A stretch of DNA of 64,000 nt. Source: Candidatus Bathyarchaeia archaeon. GTDB taxonomy: Archaea > Thermoproteota > Bathyarchaeia > Bathyarchaeales > Bathycorpusculaceae. The stretch is from the NCBI GenBank assembly GCA_049516875.1, contig JBEKSS010000001.1:416001-480000 (forward strand), given 5' to 3'. This document shows positions 9,767-19,108 of this stretch, piece by piece. The position numbers and the translations under genes were made by a program. Each line of letters starts with the position of its first letter. Positions within the stretch are counted from its first letter, which is position 1. The notes beneath the pieces are model-generated. The model worked only from the letters and a program-made list of their open reading frames with translations, had not been told where the DNA came from and ran no database searches.

Positions 9767-10864
9767 TTAGGCTATGAAATTTAATAGATCCGCGTCTTTG
9801 GCCAATTGGATTGCTCTCTTCATTTCTTCACGTGTTAATCTTCTACCTAATTCGGGAACCTCAAACGCCTGCCATTCGGGTCTGTATTGAAACATGACGT
9901 TCACTCTTGTTTCGACACCCAAGTTTTTGGCAATCCAATCAAGGATTGGTTTTGCACAACACTCTAAATGGTTTGGCAGAAGAAGTACCCTTACTATGAG
10001 TTCTCCATGTTTCTTTGCTTCCAAGTGATTATTTACACACGCTTCCCAGTAGTTTGGAGCGTCGGAGATTTTTTCTGCGCATCGGCCTGGTCCGTACTTG
10101 AAATCCAGCAGGTAAACGTCGGCAAAGCCAGCCAGGAGCGCCGCGCTCTCTGCGCTGTAGTAGCTGTTTGAGTTCCAAACAACAGGAATACTCGTGTCAA
10201 CATGTTTGAAGGTTTTGAGCCACTGCTGAAGCCATGGAGTAGGCTCTCCTCCAACGAGGTTCACATTTCTGCAACCGTCAAGACGCAGCCGTTCAACTTC
10301 ACGAGCTAGATCCATAGGCTCGTAGACTTCGCCATTTTCAATCCATTGGGAAATCGTCCAGTTCTGACAGTGCTTGCATCGCATCGTACAGCCCAAGGTG
10401 AAAACTGTTCCGGAAGGCACAAGTTCTGGCTCTTCACCCATGTGTTCAAAAATACTTGAAACGGTTATGTCCAAACTGCATTTACAGTAGCCAGACTTTC
10501 CCTCCAACCTGTTGACACTGCATTTGCGCACGCAAAGATGACAGGCGGATAGAATCCTATCTACAATTTCGATTTTCAGGTCCAAGTAAGATTTTTCTGG
10601 AGTTGCCATTGCTTGAAAGTCTCTCTTTCCATCGTCAATTTCTCTCTGAATTCTACCGAATTCTTGCGTAAGCCTCGCGTGTTCTCGCCAAAGCTTCTCA
10701 GTGGAATCGTTTCTGTTGAATTCTGCTGAAACTTTCTTAGCTATCAGGAATTTTGCTGGCCCCCTGTTCTGCAGGAGAGCAAAGTATCTGGCTAGACTCC
10801 TCTTGACTAGTCTATCGTTTAATACCGCAACCGCATCTGGACGGAGAAAGCTCCACATTTTCAC
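9767..10864 (-). CDS. PflX-like radical SAM protein (pyruvate formate-lyase activating enzyme-like)
   Basis: 'CHLCVRKCSVNR', 'HMGEEPEL', CxxxCxxC 'CTMRCKHCQNW', 'GGEPTP', 'MFQYRP'. Confidence 0.88.
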   Translation of the reverse strand: MKMWSFLRPDAVAVLNDRLVKRSLARYFALLQNRGPAKFLIAKKVSAEFNRNDSTEKLWREHARLTQEFGRIQREIDDGKRDFQAMATPEKSYLDLKIEIVDRILSACHLCVRKCSVNRLEGKSGYCKCSLDITVSSIFEHMGEEPELVPSGTVFTLGCTMRCKHCQNWTISQWIENGEVYEPMDLAREVERLRLDGCRNVNLVGGEPTPWLQQWLKTFKHVDTSIPVVWNSNSYYSAESAALLAGFADVYLLDFKYGPGRCAEKISDAPNYWEACVNNHLEAKKHGELIVRVLLLPNHLECCAKPILDWIAKNLGVETRVNVMFQYRPEWQAFEVPELGRRLTREEMKRAIQLAKDADLLNFIA

Positions 10865-10890
10865 TCATTTTCACTCGAGTGATCGAACTG

Positions 10891-11946
10891 TCAAAACAAG
10901 GCGTACGGATAAGATTGCCCGCTAGCGTGTAGTTTACCCTTAATTGGGATTTCATGCCCGCACACTGGACATCGCATGTCCTTCGTCAGATTCCATCGCG
11001 TTATCACGAAATTGTAACGTTTTATTAGGGTTTCATTGCAGTTCGGACAGTAAGTGTTTTCGCACGGATGCCCGGGCACGTTTCCAATGTAAACATAATT
11101 TAGGCTCGCATCCTTTGCAGCAACGTAAGCTTTCTCCAGAGTTTCAATAGGGGTTGCCGGGATAGTGGTTACCTGATAGTCCGGATGGAAACGCAGTAAG
11201 TGAAACGGCGTGTCCTTCCCAATTCCATCTCGGACCCAAACGGCAAGCTCTTTTATTCTCTCAATCGAATCCCCTGATTTGGGCACAATGAGGTTCGTGA
11301 TTTCTATGTGAATGTTGTTCCGCCTCATTTCCTTCAAGGCCTCAAAGATCGGTGCAACTGAAGGAACAGATGAAAAGGTCTTGTAGAATTCCGGATCTGC
11401 ACCACCTTTGAAGTCCACCGTCGCAGCGTCCAAGTATGGAGCTATGGTTTTCACTGCTTCTGGCGTCATGTAACCGTTTGTTACAAAAGTGTTGAAGAAC
11501 CCTACTTGGCGAGCAAGTTTGGCAGTGTCATATGCATATTCGAAGAAAATCGTTGGTTCAGTATACGTGTAGCTTATTCCTTCGCAGCCGTTGTCTCTAG
11601 CGGCTTTTATTACGTCTTCGGGAGGAAAGTGCTTGCCACTTATCTTCTTCTCTTGGCTTATCATCCAGTTGTCACAGAATTGACAGCGGAAGTTGCAGCC
11701 AACCGTGGCAATAGACATCACCAAGGCCCCTGGGTTAAAGTGGGCAAGCGGCTTTTTCTCAATGGGATCTATAGCTGCGGATATTGCCTTGGCGTAGTTG
11801 AGTGAAAAAAGAGTACCTCCTTCGTTCTTTCTTACTAAACAGAAGCCTGTACCGCCGTCATTTATGAGGCATTTTCGCGCGCAGAGATGACAGTTCACCT
11901 TTCTGTCTTGAAGTTTTTCGTAAAGCATTGCTTCATGAAGGGACAT
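10891..11946 (-). CDS. AmmeMemoRadiSAM-system radical SAM enzyme
   Basis: 'CHLCARKC', 'DPIEKKPL.HF.PG', 'GCNFRCQFCDNW', 'YTYTEPT', 'YVYIGNVPG'. Confidence 0.88.
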   Translation of the reverse strand: MSLHEAMLYEKLQDRKVNCHLCARKCLINDGGTGFCLVRKNEGGTLFSLNYAKAISAAIDPIEKKPLAHFNPGALVMSIATVGCNFRCQFCDNWMISQEKKISGKHFPPEDVIKAARDNGCEGISYTYTEPTIFFEYAYDTAKLARQVGFFNTFVTNGYMTPEAVKTIAPYLDAATVDFKGGADPEFYKTFSSVPSVAPIFEALKEMRRNNIHIEITNLIVPKSGDSIERIKELAVWVRDGIGKDTPFHLLRFHPDYQVTTIPATPIETLEKAYVAAKDASLNYVYIGNVPGHPCENTYCPNCNETLIKRYNFVITRWNLTKDMRCPVCGHEIPIKGKLHASGQSYPYALF

Positions 11947-11999
11947 TCAACCAGCCCTTTGACCGTTCATGTAAATCTTAACATGAGCAAGTATAAGAT

Positions 12000-12617
12000 C
12001 TATTCGCTTGTCTCTGAAACAGGGTTATCTTTGATTTCGAAAACTAATGGTGGAGACGTGGTTTTCACGTCCAATTCTATATCAAGCAAGCCTTCCAGAA
12101 AACCAGCCCAGATTTCAGATTCACTAATGAAAGGCGTTTTTATAAGGAGATATTTATCCTTCAGGTAGAAGTCGCCGAATCCTTGCACTCGCAAGCGCTT
12201 GAAAACGTCCGGCCATTTCTCACGGTTTGTGGTTTCTATTCCAGGTGCGGTTTCTATAGAAACTCTTGCGGCCTCGCCCATGTTCTTCCCGATCTCACGC
12301 CATTTTTCCATTGGAACATTATGAATCAGGATGTCAAGCAGCTCCGCATTCACGAAAGCTATCCGACTTATCCCACAATAATATTCGCCTGGAAAACGCC
12401 AATCATAAATCATCATGCTTCTGTAGACATCAAGCATTTTCGAAATAAGCGGCTTAATGCCCGGTTCTTTTCCCTCCTTAATCAAAGAGTCGATGAATTC
12501 TCTTTCGTCTTTCTCCAAGATTATTGTTGTCCTCTTGGCTGAGGTTTCGTTTTTCCTTATTAGTTCTTGGAGCTTTTTCTCTTTGTCTTCCTGCATAATC
12601 ATTATATTTTTCGGCAT
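12000..12617 (-). CDS. Hypothetical protein, possibly RHH plus V4R-like regulator
   Basis: 205-aa ORF co-directional with the radical SAM pair; N-terminal 'KRTTIIL' strand-helix pattern. Confidence 0.6.
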   Translation of the reverse strand: MPKNIMIMQEDKEKKLQELIRKNETSAKRTTIILEKDEREFIDSLIKEGKEPGIKPLISKMLDVYRSMMIYDWRFPGEYYCGISRIAFVNAELLDILIHNVPMEKWREIGKNMGEAARVSIETAPGIETTNREKWPDVFKRLRVQGFGDFYLKDKYLLIKTPFISESEIWAGFLEGLLDIELDVKTTSPPLVFEIKDNPVSETSE

Positions 12618-12803
12618 ATTTTATATAATTTGCGTTAGCACGGAAGCATATCAAAACATATCCACGCATCGGCACAGGCTATCCAGCATTGAGGACAGGT
12701 TATCACAGAAGGATCATTCTAGCTCACCACTAGCGCCATGAGCACTACGAGATAATGATTACAACCGAACGATTTTTAATAAGCCTAAGCATCTTTTAGA
12801 ATC

Positions 12804-12860
12804 GCCGATGACGAGCTCTTTTTGTCTGAAAAAGATGATGTACTCTAGGGTATCTGAGGC
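12804..12860 (+). ncRNA. C/D-box methylation guide sRNA; integration target of the element
   Basis: GCC stem, box C ATGACGA (12808-14), 11-nt guide, D' CTGA (12826-29), C' ATGATGT (12835-41), 12-nt guide, D CTGA (12854-57), GGC stem; TTTTAATAA ~25 nt upstream. Confidence 0.85.
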
Positions 12861-12861
12861 A
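12843..12861 (+). repeat. attL core, 19-bp direct repeat CTCTAGGGTATCTGAGGCA
   Basis: Identical copy at 28406-28424; ends about 50 bp before the integrase start. Confidence 0.9.
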
Positions 12862-12913
12862 ATTCTTTATAATATGTGAGGTATTTTATTCTTTTTCGCA
12901 GGAGAGAAGGCTT

Positions 12914-14167
12914 ATGGATTGGCGGCGCAGGTACGATTACGGCGTCTCGCGCCTGGAAGTCGACGCGTTCATCCAGGAGAACACGTGCGTTCAGCGGTTC
13001 TTGAAGAAGTATGCTGAGTCAACCAGGTACAATTTCAGCCGGTACCTCTGCATGTTCTTCAAGTGGCTACGAATTCGAAAAGGCCTGGAGCTGAGCCCAA
13101 GCGAGTTTCTGCAGATGCTCAGCGAAAAGCGTCAGGCTCATTCAGTTGAGGACCGGTGCTGGGGCAAAGACCTTGTCCTGGAATACACCCGTGACAATCC
13201 AGACATGAAAGGCAAGTCGCACAGTCTCCTGTACGGCGCCATGTTCAAGAGCGTGAACCTGTTCTGCAAGGCCCACGAAGTGGAGCTGGCCATCGCCCGC
13301 GGCGCGTATGGCGAGAAGAAAAAGAGGAAGTACCGGCCTGCCCCTTACACTGTCTCCTTAGCCAAGAAAGTCTTAGGCGTAGTCAACCAACGGGACCGGG
13401 CGATCTGCATGCTCGGTCTCCAGACTGGGCAAAGCATCCAGCAGGTGCTCGAGGAGATTAACGATCAGTACGAATACATCGTCCGGGAAATCTCTTCGGG
13501 AAAGCAAAGGATCCGCTTTGACTTCCCGGACGGGCGGAAGGGCAACGGTTTCAAGTATTACACGTTTTGCTCAGTTGACGCTATAACTGAGGTCCAGAAG
13601 TGGCTGCCTATCCGTAAGAAGTGGCTTGGGGACCGAAAGAGCCCGTACCTCTTCATTCAGCGGGATGGGTCGAAGATGACGCCTCAGGCTTGGCGGAGTC
13701 CGTTCCGGGAGCGCCTTGAACGTCATGGAGTTTACAAGGGTCCTTACTCCGTCGTTTTTCACATGTTCAGGAAAATCTTTGAGTCTGAGGCCAGTCCTCC
13801 AGATAGAGGCATTAGCAAAGATTATGCGCGGTTCATGATGGGCCACTCGGTTGATGAGGAAGAGCTTGATCAGTTGGATATTCCAGGGGGCACGTATGAT
13901 GAGGCGCCGTTTACGCATCCGGACGCAGTTGAAAAAGAATACGCGAAGCTGGAGCCCTACATCAACATCTACACCGGCAAAGCAGCCCACACGGAAGAAG
14001 GGGAAATCGGCGACATGCGGCGGCAGCTGAGCAGTCTAACTTCCCAAGTCGGCCAGCTGACGAGTACGTTGGAACTAATGCGAGTACCATTCCCAACGAA
14101 GGAAGCGATAGAGGGGCCAATAGCAGCTATGAAGAAAATAGCGCCAGAAAATGTCACCAAAAAATAG
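12914..14167 (+). CDS. Tyrosine recombinase/integrase
   Basis: HxxR 'HMFRK', 'FMMGH', catalytic Tyr in 'GGTYD', N-terminal SAM-like domain; adjacent to attL. Confidence 0.9.
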   Translation: MDWRRRYDYGVSRLEVDAFIQENTCVQRFLKKYAESTRYNFSRYLCMFFKWLRIRKGLELSPSEFLQMLSEKRQAHSVEDRCWGKDLVLEYTRDNPDMKGKSHSLLYGAMFKSVNLFCKAHEVELAIARGAYGEKKKRKYRPAPYTVSLAKKVLGVVNQRDRAICMLGLQTGQSIQQVLEEINDQYEYIVREISSGKQRIRFDFPDGRKGNGFKYYTFCSVDAITEVQKWLPIRKKWLGDRKSPYLFIQRDGSKMTPQAWRSPFRERLERHGVYKGPYSVVFHMFRKIFESEASPPDRGISKDYARFMMGHSVDEEELDQLDIPGGTYDEAPFTHPDAVEKEYAKLEPYINIYTGKAAHTEEGEIGDMRRQLSSLTSQVGQLTSTLELMRVPFPTKEAIEGPIAAMKKIAPENVTKK

Positions 14168-14374
14168 CGACTGTGGAAAGACAGGGCAAACTTGAACGAA
14201 AAAGGCCTACCTTAGCAGCGCAGAAACAGCCTCTTCCTCATAGTATATTACAGAAACTCAATGCATGTTGAAGAGCCATGGTAGAGACGGAGCAAAAGTG
14301 AAGCAGTTAGCCCAGCCTTGGCAACGCTGAAATGCCTAGTCATCCATTAACAAATATGGTGGCGCAATCCGCTA

Positions 14375-15427
14375 TTATTCCACACTTCGTTTTTGGCGGT
14401 AGCGTTTCCTATATCCATGGAACTTCTCCAAGATAGAAAAAACCCCATAGGAAAACAAAGCACCGAGGCCAAACAGAAAAACGCCAAACCAGTTCAGATC
14501 ATGCAATGCAAGTATACTCACATAGAAAAACAAAGCAGCGAAGCAGCCGATGAACATTCCTCCAATCATCGTAGCAACTGTCTTCTTTGCGCTTTCTGTT
14601 TTGGTATACTTTTCTTCCTCAAACTCAAGTTCCATTCCAAGATCTTTCGGAGTTATCCCTTGTTTCAAAATTCTCTCTGCAATCTTTGAACCTTCAGCCG
14701 TCAGAGAGTAACTGGCTTTGTGGGGTTCACGCCAGGCCCGGAAGATTCTTCCTCCAGTGATTCTCGCAATTCTGGTCTTGAATTTATCCATCTTTGTAAT
14801 CGGCTCAGGGCTAGTCTTCACAAACTCGGGGTAACGTTTCAATATCGTTTGAATCTCACGTGGCGATATTTTTCCTCGCAGAGACGAGTAAAGTTCCTCG
14901 GTGGTCGCCGTTTGTTCCGCGGGGGTACGAATTCCTAAAAGGAGAGAAGTGAAGAAGTAGAAGTAGCCGAATTTTTCAATGAATGACTTAAGATCTTCTT
15001 TGTTCATACCTTCGATGCTTCTTAGAATGTCTTCCGGATCTGGTTGCATTTCTGCCAAAGGATTATCTGATTTGTAAGCCCTCAAGAATTTGCCAACGAG
15101 TTGTGCATGCGATGTTTCCCTATAGCATTTGTAATTAGTCTTGAACTTTCCCAGGGCTGCTCTTTTTCCTTCAGGAGTCAGCGGGCTTCTCACGCCAACG
15201 TAGCTCGCTAACTTTAGCCCTTCGAGTTCCCTAAGAGTATCATCAACGAGACCTATGCTGATCTGTTGTCCGACTGGCCCTTGATTTCGAAGCTTCTGCT
15301 CAACGTCGATCGACGTCGCTTCTTTTTTGTCAATCAAAACGCCGAAGATTGCATATTTCTTTTCGTTTCTCAGGAGTCTGAAAGATCTGTACAACATCTC
15401 ATTCACACTTAATGACATATGAACCAT
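14375..15427 (-). CDS. Cargo protein: tandem wHTH-like regions plus two C-terminal TM helices
   Basis: 'DTLRELEGLKL', 'YSLTAEGSKIAE' wing motif; hydrophobic C-terminus. Confidence 0.65.
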   Translation of the reverse strand: MVHMSLSVNEMLYRSFRLLRNEKKYAIFGVLIDKKEATSIDVEQKLRNQGPVGQQISIGLVDDTLRELEGLKLASYVGVRSPLTPEGKRAALGKFKTNYKCYRETSHAQLVGKFLRAYKSDNPLAEMQPDPEDILRSIEGMNKEDLKSFIEKFGYFYFFTSLLLGIRTPAEQTATTEELYSSLRGKISPREIQTILKRYPEFVKTSPEPITKMDKFKTRIARITGGRIFRAWREPHKASYSLTAEGSKIAERILKQGITPKDLGMELEFEEEKYTKTESAKKTVATMIGGMFIGCFAALFFYVSILALHDLNWFGVFLFGLGALFSYGVFSILEKFHGYRKRYRQKRSVE

Positions 15428-15541
15428 TACCTCATACGCATATTCTCAAAAAGTCAGAATCACTATTTCTTGATTCTGAGTTTCTCAGAATTAAAGATTT
15501 CCCTGATTTGGCCCTAGGTACTACTTGTTGTCCGACCGAAA

Positions 15542-16327
15542 ATGAGGAAAACGATTGAAACGGAAAGGAAAGCAGATGCAGGGCTCGAATTAGACGAAGT
15601 GAACCAGGAGAGCATTGACGAACGGCTTCAAGAGATTGAGAAAAAACTGACGAGAATCGAGAAGGAATCGCGTGTTGGTGTAGACGATCAGCTTTTTTAC
15701 GGATTGGTTCTCTCTTTTCTCTTGTTTTTCTTGGCAGTTCCCCTGCCTGATGTTACAAACTTCCTCTTGGCCAGTTTCAAGTTTGATCTTAGTACCGCGT
15801 CAAACGTTGCTCTAGGTTTGAAGAATACTTTTGTCGCGCTCTTACTTCTGTCCGTTGTATCCAGGTACTATGCCGCAGTGAAGCCAGCTAAGGGATATCG
15901 TCTGTGGTCGATTGAATTCCTTTTTGTAGCGTTCGAGCTCTTTGTGTGGAATCTAACATTTGCCATAGCAAACCCACTTGTCCCACCACCAGGATACACT
16001 ATAGAAAACAGTTTCGTTTCTCTCTCAGCCGCATATGTTGTGCTCTTAGCAATCTTTTTGCTGATAGGAAAGTTTGTCGAGAGCAGAATCCTTGGATTCT
16101 ACGCAAAGAAAGAGCTCATTTCAAAGAAACATGCCCAACCGATTGCATCAGCCTTTTTCATATCTTTCTTAGGAACAGGAGGCCTTGTACTTCTGCTACA
16201 AGAAGTGGCCTTTTTTGATGCGAACACTCTGTTCAGTGCCTTAGATCTAAACATCGCTCTTTCACTTTCGTTCGCCTTCTGTTTTTCCGTTTACCTTATC
16301 TTCTTGCGAAAGAAGAAAGTCTTATGA
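15542..16327 (+). CDS. Cargo multi-pass membrane protein with N-terminal coiled coil
   Basis: 'IDERLQEIEKKLTRIEKE' followed by about 6 hydrophobic segments. Confidence 0.7.
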   Translation: MRKTIETERKADAGLELDEVNQESIDERLQEIEKKLTRIEKESRVGVDDQLFYGLVLSFLLFFLAVPLPDVTNFLLASFKFDLSTASNVALGLKNTFVALLLLSVVSRYYAAVKPAKGYRLWSIEFLFVAFELFVWNLTFAIANPLVPPPGYTIENSFVSLSAAYVVLLAIFLLIGKFVESRILGFYAKKELISKKHAQPIASAFFISFLGTGGLVLLLQEVAFFDANTLFSALDLNIALSLSFAFCFSVYLIFLRKKKVL

Positions 16328-16398
16328 AGATGGTTGCAATGCGACTTGGACCAAACGATCCCCTGCCATCCAAGTGTTAATGGGTATTAACAGATATT

Positions 16399-17184
16399 TC
16401 ATGGCTTGTCTGCTTCTTGGAGCAGATCCTCTTTTGTGTAAAGCTTGGAAGAAAGTGCCTTGTCAAGTGCTTTCCTGATATATTCACCGGCGATTCGTAC
16501 GTCGACTAAGGGTATCTCTTTTCTTCCGCCGTGGACGATGGCCCCTCTCAAATCATAGAACTTACCTATTTGTTTGGCCATTTCCTCTCTCTTCAATTCG
16601 TCAGGTTCTATGAAACTGGAGAGTCTACGTTTGAGATTGCTCTTGTAATTCCCCCCGGTTGAAAAGAGTGCTTCGGCGGCAATCGCCAAGTCGATAACAA
16701 CCTCTACTTGCATCCTACTACTGGCTTGCACAGCATTGTAGTAGTAGCGAAGAGCCAACCCAAGCTGTTCATCCATTATTCTTTGCATGTCTTTTTCCAG
16801 GTGAAGAAAGCGTTCCTTTGTCAAGAGGATTGATTCACTGAGTATGGATCCCATATCTTCATCGAGGACTGTGACTTTCCTGTAGTTAGTGAAAGAAACT
16901 CTTCTTCTCCCAAGCTCGTCCAATGCAGATATAGTTGTACCAATTCCGGAACGATAGGTGGCAGGTCGACCGGTCAATAGGGCATTCAATAAGAGAAAGA
17001 AATCCACGTATGAGCTGGCTGTGATGAAATAATCGGGGGCATCCTCGACACCAAAGTATGCAATGGCAGCTGACTCATTCTCGCCAAATACTTGTTCTAA
17101 GACAAATCTCTCGCAGACCTGAAGCTGACCTATTGTTGATGGCAGCAAGCTCCCTCTAATGAGAAATTCTACCTGTTTTAGCAT
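16399..17184 (-). CDS. HEPN (ApeA-like) domain protein, putative RNase or anti-virus effector
   Basis: 'LAIAAEALF' and Rx4H motif 'YDLRGAIVHG'. Confidence 0.75.
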   Translation of the reverse strand: MLKQVEFLIRGSLLPSTIGQLQVCERFVLEQVFGENESAAIAYFGVEDAPDYFITASSYVDFFLLLNALLTGRPATYRSGIGTTISALDELGRRRVSFTNYRKVTVLDEDMGSILSESILLTKERFLHLEKDMQRIMDEQLGLALRYYYNAVQASSRMQVEVVIDLAIAAEALFSTGGNYKSNLKRRLSSFIEPDELKREEMAKQIGKFYDLRGAIVHGGRKEIPLVDVRIAGEYIRKALDKALSSKLYTKEDLLQEADKP

Positions 17185-17334
17185 AGTATTTCAAAATATA
17201 TGATTGCCTATTTGAGCCTCATGCTTCAGGCAAGCCATGGACGCTACCTATGAGGTACGAAGCCCCAGCGCGCGCGTCAGAAAGTCTATTGCGCGCAACA
17301 GACTTTTCTTGAAAATGGACTCGTTTCAGACCTG

Positions 17335-18357
17335 CTACGGTGGCGATTTTTGGAAAACCAGCCCGCCAGTCAAACCCATGCAAGCCCACTCCAGACCGAT
17401 GGGTTGGTCTGCCGCTACGAAGTAGTCTCCATACATGGTGATTCCTCCTGCCTCCGCAGCATTCAGATATGCGGCGAGTCTAACGTCGTGGACGCTGGTG
17501 TCTCTCTGAGTTGTGTTCAACCCAGTTTTCTCTACTTTTAGGACTCCATCGACCCACAGCCTGATTATGCCCGCCGAAACATGCAGATAATCATAGACTT
17601 CCACACAGTACCAAGTGTTCGCCACAGGGTTGCTGGGGCTAGACTCTAAATAATTGACTCCGGCACCTTCCCAGTGGCTAAGGCCCCAGTAGAGGTTAGC
17701 GCCGCTTTTTTCTATTATCGGAAGTAGGTCCCAGGTTCCTGCACCGGCACCTACTAAGCCCCAGCCGGGACCGAACATATGAGGAGTCCCATCTGCAGTG
17801 GGCATTGCAGACAGCTTGATGTATGCCCTGACGTAGATTTCTGGCGCGACGGGTGAACCAAGGTCCTTGTATGCGCTGCCTCCATCGTTGAGGGCCGTTA
17901 GACCTGTTATTTTCATGTTGTAGATTCCATGATGGGGGTTTGCGTTCTCAACCGTTGTCACTCCGCTGTTCCAGTTATGGGTTCCCGTCCATGCGTTGAA
18001 GTTGCCGGACTCGAAACCGTCTGCGAAGACCACTGTGAAGAATTGTTTCAAGTAGGTTCGTTGCTGCGCTGAGATTCGTGGAAATACGAATTTGTGAACG
18101 TATTCTTCTAAGGCTTTCTTATCCTTTAGAACTCTAGGCGGAACACGAAGAGGAACCGTGAACCGTTCAAGACAGTAAGGACACATATGGCTGGCGCCAG
18201 ATACTTTTCTTCTGCATCTTGGGCAGATGTGGTCCCACATCGGCAGTCCGGAGCAGGAGTCACAACGCCAACAATCGGACCGCATCAACTTAACGGACCG
18301 CATCAACTTAACATAGGCGACACAATACAGTTTCAGCAGCCAATATGGCAGTCTCAA
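17335..18357 (-). CDS. Zn-ribbon plus ConA/LamG-like beta-sandwich protein, putative adhesin or receptor-binding protein
   Basis: GGAGG RBS before TTG; CPRC..CPYC; 'FADGFESGNFNAW', 'TWYCVEV', 'IRLWVDG'. Confidence 0.7.
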   Translation of the reverse strand: MRLPYWLLKLYCVAYVKLMRSVKLMRSDCWRCDSCSGLPMWDHICPRCRRKVSGASHMCPYCLERFTVPLRVPPRVLKDKKALEEYVHKFVFPRISAQQRTYLKQFFTVVFADGFESGNFNAWTGTHNWNSGVTTVENANPHHGIYNMKITGLTALNDGGSAYKDLGSPVAPEIYVRAYIKLSAMPTADGTPHMFGPGWGLVGAGAGTWDLLPIIEKSGANLYWGLSHWEGAGVNYLESSPSNPVANTWYCVEVYDYLHVSAGIIRLWVDGVLKVEKTGLNTTQRDTSVHDVRLAAYLNAAEAGGITMYGDYFVAADQPIGLEWACMGLTGGLVFQKSPP

Positions 18358-18378
18358 TTCAGGACCTCCATTTCTCGA

Positions 18379-18603
18379 CTACCACACTGCATTGAGGCTT
18401 CGCTGAGCATCTTCAAAAAGCAGCAAAGCAGACTTCAAGTAAGACTGCGCCTGCTCAAGCCTTCTTCTCTCGTCCGAAGAAAGAGGCAACGAGCCGATCA
18501 TGGAACACAGCTTCCTCGACATCTCGAGGACGTCCGCAACGTAGTCGCCGGGATATCTGTAGCCAAGAAGAGGCTTATTTCTGAGCCACTCTCTAAAATT
18601 CAT
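18379..18603 (-). CDS. Small helical hypothetical protein
   Basis: 74 aa, within the tightly packed minus-strand module. Confidence 0.6.
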   Translation of the reverse strand: MNFREWLRNKPLLGYRYPGDYVADVLEMSRKLCSMIGSLPLSSDERRRLEQAQSYLKSALLLFEDAQRSLNAVW

Positions 18604-18625
18604 ACGCGATGCCCCCGCGAGCTAC

Positions 18626-19108
18626 TTAAAAAGATATTCCTACCTCTCCTAAAACTTTGATGTACCCTGATGTTGGTCCCGGAGCGCCTGTCCATTCGAG
18701 ACTGTGCCACATTATTCCTGGTGTCTGCAGACTGAAAGGAATGTTTACCGCTTCTTCGTATCGAGTGGCACTGGCTTTTGCGGGTGCACTTTGAAAGAGC
18801 AGTTGCATGATCAAGTTTAAGCCTGCATCACCGCCTGAAGCAAAAGTAGGGTTGTCTTGCCAAAGCCGTAAAGTGTAGGTTACTGGGTTTGTGGGTTTCA
18901 TGTAGTACGTTATGTCACGTATGTTGCCCGTCCGCAAAGTAGGATGACTGATTTGAGTAGAGGGGACGTATTGACCAAACCAGCGAGTCGGCGGAGTATT
19001 GATGTCTTGACTTGTGTCGAAAAGGTGCCAGTCCCAACCGGTAACAGGATTATACGACCTAAACCAGAAAAGGTCAACCGGTCGTTTGGTGCCGATACTC
19101 AATGCCAT
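18626..19108 (-). CDS. Beta-rich hypothetical protein, possible jelly-roll virion component
   Basis: Abuts the upstream gene; aromatic/Thr/Pro-rich strands. Confidence 0.6.
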   Translation of the reverse strand: MALSIGTKRPVDLFWFRSYNPVTGWDWHLFDTSQDINTPPTRWFGQYVPSTQISHPTLRTGNIRDITYYMKPTNPVTYTLRLWQDNPTFASGGDAGLNLIMQLLFQSAPAKASATRYEEAVNIPFSLQTPGIMWHSLEWTGAPGPTSGYIKVLGEVGISF

